51,012 bases of DNA, from contig CAVRJG010000070.1 of NCBI GenBank assembly GCA_963721455.1, forward strand, positions 1 through 51,012, in the 5' to 3' direction. Shown in pieces: positions 39,333-49,200 of this stretch. The stretch's first letter is position 1, and every line of letters starts with the position of its first letter. The position numbers and the translations under genes were made by a program. The notes under the pieces are model-generated. The model worked only from the letters and a program-made list of their open reading frames with translations. It was not told where the DNA came from and made no database searches. Origin of the DNA: an uncultured Methanosarcinaceae archaeon (lineage in GTDB: Archaea > Halobacteriota > Methanosarcinia > Methanosarcinales > Methanosarcinaceae).

Positions 39333-40562
39333 ATCACTACTCCCCTCATTTCAATGAGGGGCATCTATCGTTCTACGAACAGATTGTAATCCCAATCTGA
39401 GAATATTTTTGGAAGCATTAAGATCACGGTTGATAGATAATCCGCAGAAAGGACAGTTATGAGTTCTTTTTGATAGGCCTTTATCTACCAACATACCACA
39501 ATTTGAACACATCTTTGAAGTATTCTTTGGATTTACAAGTACTACATTTCTACCAGCATTCTCAGCTTTGTAAGTAGTGTAAGCTACAAGTTTATTCCAG
39601 GCAGCATCTAAGATATGTTTAGCTAGATTGTGGTTTTTAGCCATGTTCTCTATGTTCAAATCTTCAAAACATATTATACCGTAATTATCAACAAGATTTT
39701 TACTGAGTTTCTGAGCAAAATCTTCTCGTTTATTGGAGATTCTTTCATGTATTCTGCATAGTGATTTAAGGAGTTTAGCTTTTCCCGGTGTTCCTTTTTC
39801 AGCTTTAGAGAACTTTCGTTGAACTTTTACCAGAGCTTTTTTTCATTAACATAGAATCCAGGATTATCAATATATGTGCCATCTGATAAAGCGGCAAAAG
39901 AAAGAATACCAACATCTATACCTATTGATTTATCAGAATGTTCAAGTTCCTGATAAGGATCAACGTCAGTTAAAATGGACACAAATCATTTTTGTGTAGA
40001 TGTTCTTCTGATAGTAAGACGTTTGATATTCCCTTCAAGGTGTCTATGCATTTTTATTTTATGTCTCCAATTTTGGAAAGACTCAATATATTACTATTTA
40101 AAGAAAAACCTGATTGAAGGTAAGTAATGCTATCATACCAGTTTTTACCTTTAAATCTAGGATACCCTGTTTTTTCTCCTACTTTTACTCTTCGGAAAAA
40201 AGCTTGAAAGGCGAAATCAACCCGCATAGTTACATCTTGAAGTGTATGAGAATGAACTTCCTTAAGTTCTGGTTTTTCTTTCTTCCAGATAGGAATCCTT
40301 TTCTTTGAATCGTAGTAACTTATTCTTTTTTGTTCGGATTCCCAGTCATTTTTTCTTAATGCCAATGTTTCATTATAGACCCATCTACAGAGTTCCAAAG
40401 TCCGATTTAACTTTGTAACTTGAAATTTTGTTGGATAGATCCTATAACGAATAACTTTAGGCATAATAAGTTATTATGGAGTTTTACCTAATAAAGATAG
40501 TTGGCAGAGATGAAGGGCTGTATCCCACCATTGAAATGGCCGGGATTAGCCCTTACCCGCTC
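39333..40562 (-). mobile_element. IS200/IS605-family (IS1341-like, tnpB-only) element inserted in the 3' end of thg1
   Basis: Left-end hairpin GGGCTAATCCCGGCCATTTCAATGGTGGGATACAGCCC begins shortly after TTTAA; right-end hairpin CCCCTCATT-GA-AATGAGGGG. The flanks rejoin into an intact thg1 end. Confidence 0.88.
39351..40464 (-). pseudogene. tnpB: TnpB, frameshifted into fragments
   Basis: MPKVIRYRIYPT...YPRFK (40054-40464), GIDVG in the intervening region, TSKMCSNCG...CPFCG...RDLNASKNI (39351-39659). Confidence 0.88.
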
Positions 40563-41271
40563 TTAAAAGTGCCATACCCTCTTCTGATTTAAAATTCGGA
40601 ATTTCCCAGTTCTGGATGACTTTTCTGCGCAGAGATTTCATCTCTTTGCCAAGTACAGGATTAAAGCCAGAGATTTCATATTCCTCTGTAGAAATAATAA
40701 TTCCTCTCCTCTGCCAGGCAGGGAGTGTCGCAAGATTGATGCCTCTCTCAAAAAGCATTTCATGGATTTCCCATTCTTTTTTTCCTTTCAGGTGTTTCGA
40801 AGCCTCATCCTTATCCATTCCTTCAGCCTTCAGGGTATAATAACCCCAGGCTGCCACAAAATTGCGCCAGGCTTCAAGCTGCCTCCAGTGAAAATACACA
40901 GGGATATCCTCTCTTTGAAGAGCAACTATTCTGGAATCAAAAGCCACAGGTTTTTCAAGCCGCAGGTTTATCGTAAGTGCGCTTGCCAGAAAGCTTGCTA
41001 CGATCGAGTCAATTTTTTCCACTCTCCCTTCAAAAGAAAGTTCCATGAAAAGAAAACTGATTTCGTCCGAAAAAGTGTAGGCATAGAGTGGGCTTAAACC
41101 ACTTTTCTTAATAAAAAGCTCGGCAGTATCCGCCATTGCTCTGGCGAAGGTTTGATCATAGGGTTTTTTAAAGCCCAGGCCCGAAAGCGTATTTTTAAAA
41201 TTCCTGCCGTCAGCGCGCACAACCACAGGAGGGATACAGCGCATTTCGGCATAGATTTCCCGGTTTTTCAT
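40546..41271 (-). CDS. thg1: tRNA(His) guanylyltransferase Thg1/TLP, with an IS-derived C-terminus
   Basis: VRADGRNF, YTFSDEIS, GRVEKIDS, FDSR, WRQLEAWRN, PAWQRRG. Codon 142 is TGG. Confidence 0.93.
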   Translation of the reverse strand: MKNREIYAEMRCIPPVVVRADGRNFKNTLSGLGFKKPYDQTFARAMADTAELFIKKSGLSPLYAYTFSDEISFLFMELSFEGRVEKIDSIVASFLASALTINLRLEKPVAFDSRIVALQREDIPVYFHWRQLEAWRNFVAAWGYYTLKAEGMDKDEASKHLKGKKEWEIHEMLFERGINLATLPAWQRRGIIISTEEYEISGFNPVLGKEMKSLRRKVIQNWEIPNFKSEEGMALLRAGKG

Positions 41272-41289
41272 GTACCTTTAGAGATTTAT

Positions 41290-41547
41290 TTAATCTTCTT
41301 TCCGCTTTTTGTATCTCTGAATGACGTCTCTTACTATAATGATATCTGCTGCCGTTATAACCCATCGGTAAGGAATAATTACGCCTCTGCTAGTCAGGTC
41401 AAAAAGTTCCCTGTTAATATCCGAAACAGCAAGCCCGGTAATTTTCTGTTCCTCTATATCAATTACGAGGTCCTGCAACTTTCCTACATAAACACCAGTG
41501 TTTGTGTATATGTTTAAACCAAAAAGTGATGTAAGTTCTGCGCGCAT
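41290..41547 (-). CDS. PRC-barrel domain protein, CdpB1-like (archaeal cell division)
   Basis: TSLFGLNIYTNTGVYVGKLQDL...GVIIPYRWV..AADIIIV; single PRC barrel. Confidence 0.8.
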   Translation of the reverse strand: MRAELTSLFGLNIYTNTGVYVGKLQDLVIDIEEQKITGLAVSDINRELFDLTSRGVIIPYRWVITAADIIIVRDVIQRYKKRKED

Positions 41548-42005
41548 TATATCCCTGCTTTGTAAATTAATTTAATTCTTTCTCCTAACCTTATATGAAA
41601 GACATACTTATATATCTTACAGTTTCACTGACTTTATATATAATTACTAGTTTTGTGTCGTCTTTTCAGGTAAAAATGGATTTTTCAGTCATTTATTATA
41701 ATAAATCTTCTTATTTAAGTTAGCGGGAGATAAAGGTAGTTTAGCTTTATTAAATTCATTATCCAATATTTGAATGCAGAAGAGACAGCTTTAGCTGCAT
41801 TAAGTTTTTTGCTCTGATTTGCTTAAAGAGAGCAGCTTTATTTACAATTTTCCTGTAATTGTCCGGATAAAAATTCTGTATCTGTGTGAATTTTTTCTGG
41901 CTCACAGGTAAATTTCGAAATTACCTATGAGCAGAACTCTTTAGTCTATTATATAACCTTTCTTTTTACTCTGATTTGCTTATTTTTGCATTTCAGTTTA
42001 TCTCT

Positions 42006-42929
42006 TTATACTTCCAGCTGTGAAATTGCCTTCCGAATAGTCTCTGAGGATTTTCTCAGGATTTCGTACTGGTTTTCATCGAGTTTGAGTTCAAGAATTT
42101 CTTCGACTCCGGATGCTCCAAGCTTCACAGGCACACCGAAGTAGATACCTTCCTGCCCGTATTGCCCTTCCAGATAAGCAGAAGCAGGCAGCACTCTCTT
42201 CGAGTCCTTAACCACGGCTTCCGCCATGGAGACAATTGCTGCCGATGGGGCATAAAAAGCACTTCCCTGTTTAAGGAGCTCCACAATTTCGGCTCCTCCG
42301 TTTACTGTTCTCTCTACCAGCCTGGCAATCTTATCATCTGAAAGCAGATCAGTGAGTGGAATTCCTGAGACTGTCGTATACTGAGGGAGAGGCACCATAA
42401 GATCGCCGTGACCTCCTATGACCATTGCCTGTACATCTTTTTTCGAGCACTTCAGTTCTTCTGCAATAAAGCTTGCAAAACGTCCTGAATCCAGAACTCC
42501 GCTCATCCCGAATACTTTCGTTGTCTCAAAGCCTGTTGATTTCATAGCTACGTAGGTTATAATGTCAAGTGGATTTGTGATATTCATTACTATAGATTCT
42601 GGAGCATACTTTGCGATATTTTTAGAAACATCTGCTATTATTTTGGAGTTTGTTTTGATCAGATCTTCCCGACTCATTCCAGGTTTTCTGGCAATCCCCG
42701 CTGTAATAATTACGAGATCAGAGTCTGCAATATCCGCATAATCATTGCTCCCAAGTATTGATGTGTCGTAACCCTTTATCGCCCCTGCCTGCATTAGATC
42801 CAGGGCTTTTCCTTGAGGTAGCCCTTCCACAATATCTGTCATGACAATTTCGCCAAGTTCAAGTTCAGCTAACCGCTGGACTGTAGTTGCTCCTACGTTT
42901 CCTGCACCAATTACGGAAATTTTAACCAT
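42006..42929 (-). CDS. mdh: Malate dehydrogenase (LDH-like)
   Basis: GAGNVG, RKPGMSREDL, GVLDSGRF, GGHGD, GGAEIV. Confidence 0.93.
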   Translation of the reverse strand: MVKISVIGAGNVGATTVQRLAELELGEIVMTDIVEGLPQGKALDLMQAGAIKGYDTSILGSNDYADIADSDLVIITAGIARKPGMSREDLIKTNSKIIADVSKNIAKYAPESIVMNITNPLDIITYVAMKSTGFETTKVFGMSGVLDSGRFASFIAEELKCSKKDVQAMVIGGHGDLMVPLPQYTTVSGIPLTDLLSDDKIARLVERTVNGGAEIVELLKQGSAFYAPSAAIVSMAEAVVKDSKRVLPASAYLEGQYGQEGIYFGVPVKLGASGVEEILELKLDENQYEILRKSSETIRKAISQLEV

Positions 42930-43078
42930 TAATTGCACAACCTGTGTCAAACAATTTATTTTATGATGATTTTGGAACTTTCAGCTTTAAAAGTTTATCC
43001 TGTAATGTGGGTTTTATTACTGACGAACTATTATTTTAATATTTATCTGTTATTGTCACATATTTACAGCTTTTTTAT

Positions 43079-43424
43079 AGAACGAAGCATAAAACCCCTA
43101 AGTCTTTAGCTTCGGGATATAAACGTCAACTTTATAAACATTCTTTTCACTATCTGTTGACTTGATATGCCTTCCAATCAATATAACTTTAAGTAATGGT
43201 TACGAGAACCAAATAACCTTTGTAATAATGTTCCCCTTCAGGCTCAAAAGGTCATGGAAAATACATCGTCTCTAGCTTGAAACCATGTAAGGCCGAATCG
43301 AGATAAGGGCGAAACATAGTAGGGACGGTGCGGCCCGAATTAATGCCTATGGAGATTCCTAAGGTAGTCTATGAAGTAGGATGAAGTAGGAAGCCCCTGA
43401 GTCTTTAGCTCAGGGGTAGTTCAC
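43079..43424 (+). mobile_element. 346-bp non-autonomous IS200/IS605 derivative (both ends, no ORF)
   Basis: Left end after TTTAT matches 10897-10949. Right-end hairpin CCCCTGAG-TCTTTAG-CTCAGGGG ends in TAGTTCAC. Both hairpin loops carry GTCTTTAG. Confidence 0.8.
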
Positions 43425-43519
43425 CCATTTATCTTAAATCAGTTGTTTCTTCTTTTGAATACTTTCAGATCTCATGCAGTATTTTTATTAAATATTACCC
43501 CCAATGGTTCAGGGGAAAC

Positions 43520-44269
43520 ATGCTGAATAATACATATATTCATATTCCGGGTGTAGGAAAGAGCCTTGAACACAGAATCTGGGCTCAAGGAATACACACA
43601 TGGGAAGAATTCCTTGAGATGGAAGATAGGATCTCCATACCTTCATCCCGAAAAGCCAGAATTTGTGAAGAGATAAAGAAATCTTCTGAGCACCTAGCAG
43701 CAAAAGATCACTGCTTTTTTTCACAACGTCTTCCTTCTGCGGAACACTGGAGGTCATATTCCTTATTTTCCGATTCTGTCGCATTCGTAGACATTGAAAC
43801 AACAGGACTTTCTAAGTCCCGGGACAAAATAACCGTCGTCGGAATCTATGACGGAAGAGAGTCAAAGACATATATAAAGGATATTAACCTTGATGATATC
43901 GTGGAAGAGTTCTCAAAATACAGGCTGCTTGTATCCTTCAACGGTGCCCGTTTTGATCTCCCCTTCATAAAGTCCGAATTTCCAGAAATCGAATTCAAGC
44001 AGCTCCATATAGACCTCATGTACCCTCTAAGGCGAATAGGGTATAATGGAGGCCTAAAAAATATTGAAAAGCTACTTGGGATCTCCCGGAGTGATGGTAC
44101 CGAGGGCATGACAGGGTTTGATGCCGTAAGGCTCTGGAAACAATATGAGAGTGGAGACATGGAAGCTTTGAACAAACTTATTAAATATAACGAAGAGGAT
44201 ATAGTGAATCTGAAAACTATTATAGAGCTTACTTACCCTAAAATGGTTGAAAAAGCTCTGAAGGCCTGA
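43520..44269 (+). CDS. RNase H-like (YprB/RNase_H_2) predicted exonuclease with N-terminal HhH
   Basis: HIPGVG, FVDIETTGL, SFNGARFDLPF, GLKNIE, YNEED. Confidence 0.88.
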   Translation: MLNNTYIHIPGVGKSLEHRIWAQGIHTWEEFLEMEDRISIPSSRKARICEEIKKSSEHLAAKDHCFFSQRLPSAEHWRSYSLFSDSVAFVDIETTGLSKSRDKITVVGIYDGRESKTYIKDINLDDIVEEFSKYRLLVSFNGARFDLPFIKSEFPEIEFKQLHIDLMYPLRRIGYNGGLKNIEKLLGISRSDGTEGMTGFDAVRLWKQYESGDMEALNKLIKYNEEDIVNLKTIIELTYPKMVEKALKA

Positions 44270-44465
44270 GAAGTAAGATTCTCCAGGTTCGTAATTTACA
44301 AGAGGGAAAAATATCAGGCAGCAGATGTATATTCCGTCAAATAATTTATATACTTATATTGTTGTTTCTGGTATTCGGCCTTAGTGATACATTGCCAGTC
44401 TTCTGGCAACTTGTTGTCCGTAATTTGAATATTATCTATATGCTCTGGCAGGAAAGGGGAATTCG

Positions 44466-45206
44466 ATGGAAGTAACACTGAAGTTCGGGGATAAAGTCAA
44501 TGTGGCAGATGTAAGAAAACTCTATGATATGGAAGACGTAGTGTTTGATAGAGAATGGTTTGAAGGAATAGAGGCTAGAAATAAAGACATGTATTACATG
44601 TTCCGGGACCTTGCGAAAAGCGACGTGGATCTTGAAGCAATTAAAGCCCATCACCTGAGGTACGACATTACCATAATTCCTCCGGGAATGCTTGGATCGG
44701 AATATACCAAAACTGTAGGTCACTACCATCCGCGAGTTCCAGGGACAGATATTTCTTATCCTGAAATTTATCAGGTACTTGAAGGTTCTGCTACCTATCT
44801 TCTGCAAAAAGTGAAACACGGAGAGGAACATATTGTTCTGGATGTTGCAGTCATCACAGCGGAAAAGGGAGATTTAGTGCTTGTTCCTCCTGGATACGGG
44901 CATGTGACCATAAACGCTTCTGAAAAGACCCTTGAAATGGCAAATTGGGTTTGCCGAGATTTTTCCTCTGTTTATGAGCCTATAAAAAGACTTTCTGGAG
45001 CTTCATATTTCTTTCTCGAGGATGGCTTTGCCAAAAACACTCTCTACAGGAACGTCCCATCTATCCGCTATCTCAAACCTATGACCTCAGATGCCTTCGG
45101 GCTGGGTTCTGGAGAAAATATGTACGAGCTTATACACAAAGCTGAAAAACTCAGATTTTTGACATCTCCACAGGAGTTTATGGAATTTTTAACAGGAGTG
45201 CTCTGA
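44466..45206 (+). CDS. pgi: Cupin-type glucose-6-phosphate isomerase
   Basis: LRYDIT, KTVGHYHP, PEIYQVLEG, VPPGYGHVTIN. Confidence 0.85.
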   Translation: MEVTLKFGDKVNVADVRKLYDMEDVVFDREWFEGIEARNKDMYYMFRDLAKSDVDLEAIKAHHLRYDITIIPPGMLGSEYTKTVGHYHPRVPGTDISYPEIYQVLEGSATYLLQKVKHGEEHIVLDVAVITAEKGDLVLVPPGYGHVTINASEKTLEMANWVCRDFSSVYEPIKRLSGASYFFLEDGFAKNTLYRNVPSIRYLKPMTSDAFGLGSGENMYELIHKAEKLRFLTSPQEFMEFLTGVL

Positions 45207-45419
45207 GAAAAATGACTCCGCTATTTTCCAGCTTACATGGTCTGTGCCTGGTCATCCTTTCCATGCAGTTTCCTCTGGAAAATCCGGACTTCTAATCTTC
45301 TATATATTTTTAAAGCAAACCCCGACGCAATGGGCAGATAAGAGCCCAAAGAATATATTTTGGCAACTAATAGATAATCTATAATAGGTATAAATACCTT
45401 CAACTACTGGAGGGTTGAA

Positions 45420-46178
45420 ATGCAAAAAAATGGATACCGTATTCAGTTTACATCATCCAGAATAAAGGATCTCATGTACAGGACCACATTTAATCCAAAA
45501 AAAATGGATGGAGATGTCATACTTAATCTCTCACTTATTGACAAAAAAGATCTGGACGATGTTCTTGGAATCTTCAAGATGGTAATTTCAAGCGGGCTTT
45601 CGGTAACTCCCTACGTGAAAATAATTTCCGAGGGAGAATCTCTCGGAAACCTGACTATTGAAAAGGGAAAGGTAGGTATCGGGACCGTATGCAGCATAAC
45701 GATTGACGGCGTATTGCTCAAGGCAGGAATTCCTATAAATCCCAAACTTGGCGGAGTTGTTCAGATCCGAAACGGAATTCCGGTACGCTTTACTGATGTG
45801 CTGACCTATGTAAGTACGACTGTAGATCCCCTTGAAGTCCTGATGTCTCAGGGTATCACTTCTGTCTCGGAAATGCTCAGAACAGGTTCAGGCAAGATTC
45901 TTGCAAATCTCAGGGAAGCTCCTATGGTTGCAAGAGACGAGATTGAAAGTTGTCTTTCTGACCTTCTGGATGCAGGCTTCAGTGGGATTCTGGAAGTTGG
46001 AGAACCAAATACAAGGGTTCTGGATGTTCCCATCGAAAGAGACCATCTCGGAATAGTTGTCATAGGGGGGACAAATCCTATGGCGGTTGTACAGGAATAT
46101 GGAATTTCGATAGACACCAGCGCAATGTCAAGGTTAATTTCATTCAAAGAAATGAGCAGGATTGAAGATCTGGTTTAA
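45420..46178 (+). CDS. nrpRII: NrpR regulatory domain (DUF128) protein lacking an HTH; NrpRII
   Basis: [40 protein letters not shown]; no N-terminal wHTH. Confidence 0.8.
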   Translation: MQKNGYRIQFTSSRIKDLMYRTTFNPKKMDGDVILNLSLIDKKDLDDVLGIFKMVISSGLSVTPYVKIISEGESLGNLTIEKGKVGIGTVCSITIDGVLLKAGIPINPKLGGVVQIRNGIPVRFTDVLTYVSTTVDPLEVLMSQGITSVSEMLRTGSGKILANLREAPMVARDEIESCLSDLLDAGFSGILEVGEPNTRVLDVPIERDHLGIVVIGGTNPMAVVQEYGISIDTSAMSRLISFKEMSRIEDLV

Positions 46179-46278
46179 AGCTCATGATATTCCTATTCTA
46201 AAATTTCTTTGTTTTCATTTAGCCTTTATCTCCAATCCAGTTCAGCTTTTCGGAGTATCCTTCCGAAGGCTGGCTTCT

Positions 46279-47691
46279 TTATCCTGAGTGTGCCTTTCTC
46301 TGCAGTTGTTCTCCTATAAACAGATCAAGTTTTCTGGCAAATTCTTCCTTTTTATTCTCAGGGATAGTCGCTCCTGCTGCAATATCGTGCCCGCCGCCCG
46401 CACCTCCAACTTCTGCCGAGACAATTGACATAGCTTCCGAAAGGTTAACTCCCCTGCGGATCAGGTCCTGCGTTCCCCTGGCTGAGACTTTGATTCCTCC
46501 ATCGGCTTTTGCAAAAGCAATAATGGGGAGGTTTCTGTTCTCAACTATTGTAGAACTCATGCCTGCAATAATTCCCACAATAGTTTCTTTTATTTCCGAA
46601 CCTGCGTCAAAGTACTGGATATTTTCCAGCTGAATAACCCCTTTTTCTTTAACATACATGAGCCCGTTAACGAGGTTCTGCCTGTGTTCGGCAAGCAACT
46701 TGCGGGCATCTTCATAAGCTTCTTCTCTATTCCCCATACAGACCGCAAGTCCGATTTCCGCATGGTCGTAGCGTGCAGTGGCGTTAAGGAGAGTAGAAAA
46801 TTCTGAAGCGTCTCTCATTTCCGTGCCTTCCCTTTCTTTTAAAAGGACGTAAACTTCACCTATAAGGCGCTCGATCTTGTACGAAGGTATCCCTGATTTC
46901 AGGCAGTACTGGATAAGCCCTGAGACAATTTTCTGTTTTTCCGGGGTCTCAAGGTCAATCCAGCGCCTCGAGCGTTCATCCCGGTTGAAGCGAATGTTAA
47001 GGGAATGAATAAATTCAATGCAGGCTTCTTCGTCTCCCGTAAGTCCAGGAAGATAAGGGTCTGAGGAGTACTGAATCAATTTATATATCGGGCGAGTTTG
47101 CTTTCCGAATAAGGTCAGGTCCTTTTTGAACTGGAGATTGCCTCCTTTTACTCCTTCATCCAGAATTTCCCTGTTGATCCCGACAAGCTGCCCCATTTTC
47201 AGGTGTTGCATGTCTCCAACTGCCCCTACTATGGCCAGAGAAGAAAGGTCCCGGTTTTTTCCAAGAGCCGAAGCCAGCAGATAAGTGCTTCCCGAGCCGC
47301 TCAGTTCATAGGAGCCGTTTGCCCCAAAAAGGTGGGGGTTGAGGTGAAATTTATAAATTCCCTGAGGCTGATGGTGGTCTGAGATCACAGCATGGATCCC
47401 GCGAGATTTTATCTGTTCGCACATCCCGCTCCCCAGATCCGTAAAAATGACAATATCATGGTTTTCATCTGCGATAATGTCAAGGGCCTTTTCATCAAGC
47501 TGCTTTACGAAGCGTGTCGTATATTCGAAATCTCCCCGCTCAAGGGCGGTACATATAATCCCCGCAGAAGTCAGCCCGTCAGCATCAATATGGGATACAA
47601 CGTGGACTGATTTGTGTTTCTTGATTTCTTCGGCACACCTGGCCGCTTCTTTCTGAAGTAATTCCATAGTCTCAGACATTATTCTCTCCAA
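46279..47691 (-). CDS. recJ: RecJ-like DHH/DHHA1 phosphoesterase
   Basis: SHIDADG, TDLG, DHH, GAVGD, KVSARG, GGGHDIAAGA. Confidence 0.88.
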   Translation of the reverse strand: MERIMSETMELLQKEAARCAEEIKKHKSVHVVSHIDADGLTSAGIICTALERGDFEYTTRFVKQLDEKALDIIADENHDIVIFTDLGSGMCEQIKSRGIHAVISDHHQPQGIYKFHLNPHLFGANGSYELSGSGSTYLLASALGKNRDLSSLAIVGAVGDMQHLKMGQLVGINREILDEGVKGGNLQFKKDLTLFGKQTRPIYKLIQYSSDPYLPGLTGDEEACIEFIHSLNIRFNRDERSRRWIDLETPEKQKIVSGLIQYCLKSGIPSYKIERLIGEVYVLLKEREGTEMRDASEFSTLLNATARYDHAEIGLAVCMGNREEAYEDARKLLAEHRQNLVNGLMYVKEKGVIQLENIQYFDAGSEIKETIVGIIAGMSSTIVENRNLPIIAFAKADGGIKVSARGTQDLIRRGVNLSEAMSIVSAEVGGAGGGHDIAAGATIPENKKEEFARKLDLFIGEQLQRKAHSG

Positions 47692-47732
47692 GATTTTCTG
47701 CTTGCCTCAATTTAACTGCTTTTTTCCCGGCT

Positions 47733-48215
47733 TTATTTTCTTTCCCATTCCTTGGGATTGATCTTGTAATCTTTTCCATCTCTTTTTATTTCAGGAAAAC
47801 TCCGGATTTCCTGTAATGTGAGTTTGAGATTCTGAGTAAGGTATTTTTTTTCTAGCTCTTTCCAGGGAACCATATATGCTTCCCTGCCGTGCCCTGCTCC
47901 CATGCGAAGTTCCACCGCAAGAAATCCACGTCTTCCTGATTTATTCAGGTAGTCCGAAATCCTTTCTATCTGATGAATTCCTTTTTTGTCCACAGTAAAA
48001 TGCTGAGTGAAATAAAGTGCTTTTGCCCCTTTGTCCACTGAGATACTTTTGCATTCAATTCCCATGTATAAATCCGGATTGAGAGAATCTACAAGCACAT
48101 CAAGGAATTGGGAAGTGAACCTGTGCTGTTTAAGCCTGTAGGAGATAGCTCTTATTCCATTTTCTTCAATGTATGCATTAAATGAGTTTACAAGCACGTG
48201 TTCAAACTCGGTCAT
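47733..48215 (-). CDS. PD-(D/E)xK nuclease, Holliday-junction resolvase-like
   Basis: FEHVL, DVLVDS, GIECKS, HQIERI, GFLAVE. Confidence 0.65.
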   Translation of the reverse strand: MTEFEHVLVNSFNAYIEENGIRAISYRLKQHRFTSQFLDVLVDSLNPDLYMGIECKSISVDKGAKALYFTQHFTVDKKGIHQIERISDYLNKSGRRGFLAVELRMGAGHGREAYMVPWKELEKKYLTQNLKLTLQEIRSFPEIKRDGKDYKINPKEWERK

Positions 48216-48520
48216 GAAATCCTGTTTAATGTTTTCTCTATTTTACTTAAGCTTTTTACTCAGGACACAGTCATTTTTGCCTCAGATGGACGGGAGTGGA
48301 CCTGTCAATTTGAATAAGTTTCCGGCGATAAGCAGACTAGGGTCCATGATCTATAAAACATTCTGAGAAGGTTCTACCCTGGAAATATGATTTCCTTTCG
48401 AAATGCCCGGTCTTCTGAAGCGTACTGGCTTCTCAGCGAAATACATACAGTTAAGAAGTTTCTGGAATCCAGCATGAAGAGATGAAAAATCTATCTCAGA
48501 GGTGTTACTCGAAAGTCAAA

Positions 48521-48556
48521 AAAGAGTTTGAACAGCATAAAGAGTTTGAACAGCAT
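48521..48556. repeat. 18-bp exact tandem duplication AAAGAGTTTGAACAGCAT
   Basis: Two adjacent identical copies read directly. Confidence 0.8.
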
Positions 48557-48574
48557 ATTTTATATTAAAATAAG

Positions 48575-48597
48575 TGCCGATCAGATACTGATCGGCA
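48575..48597 (-). terminator. Hairpin downstream of the DUF1699 gene
   Basis: TGCCGATCAG-ATA-CTGATCGGCA perfect inverted repeat about 15 bp past the stop codon. Confidence 0.55.
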
Positions 48598-48611
48598 GGT
48601 ACGAATTTTTT

Positions 48612-49016
48612 TTAATTTGATATAATGAAACCTACGAAGTCTGGACTGAGCCTCGTTTCTCTCACAAGCCTTTCGATGGTGTCTTCGTCGGAAAGGCCTT
48701 CTTCTTTTAGTTCCTGTATGCGGTCAAAAACGCGCTGGGAAACTTCGGAGTATTCATTGATATCTTTTCTGTGGCCCCATACATCGCCCTCAAGTAAAGA
48801 AATGTTCTGCATGGAAAGATACATCTGTGCAGAACTGGAAATTGTTTTCTTGTATGAGCTTGGGATATGGATCGCTTTTACCTCTGGACACTTCAGGATG
48901 AGCTTAAAAATGTCCTTGTTGGATGGTCTGAATGCAAGGTGGACAATTTCCTCATCAAGCTTTAAAGTGTCTATTTCTTCTTTTGAACTTACAACTCTAA
49001 TCTTCACTTTTATCAC
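48612..49016 (-). CDS. DUF1699 family protein
   Basis: KIRVVSSKEEI, VHLAFRPSNKD, EGDVWGHRKDINEY. Confidence 0.85.
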   Translation of the reverse strand: MIKVKIRVVSSKEEIDTLKLDEEIVHLAFRPSNKDIFKLILKCPEVKAIHIPSSYKKTISSSAQMYLSMQNISLLEGDVWGHRKDINEYSEVSQRVFDRIQELKEEGLSDEDTIERLVRETRLSPDFVGFIISN

Positions 49017-49029
49017 CGTTCGTTCCAGG

Positions 49030-49200
49030 TATTTCAGGGTGTTTTAGAGCCTTTTAGGGTTTCTTTAGGGTTTCTTTATATTTCTTCAGAGTCTCTTCAG
49101 GGCTTCTTTAGGGTTTCTTAAGAACTTCTTCAGAGCCTCTTCAGGGTTCTTTAAGTTTTGTAGGGTTCTTTTGGAGTCTCTTTTGGGTTTCAGGTTTTTT
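49030..49200. repeat. Degenerate ~11-bp tandem array (consensus about TAGGGTTTCTT / CAGAGxCTCTT)
   Basis: Successive units such as TAGGGTTTCTT, CAGAGTCTCTT, CAGGGCTTCTT, CAGAGCCTCTT. Confidence 0.65.

Noticed and set aside
40846-40848. Possible pyrrolysine (UAG) codon in Thg1, as known at position 142 in M. acetivorans
   Set aside because: Codon 142 is TGG (Trp) here and the ORF is uninterrupted.
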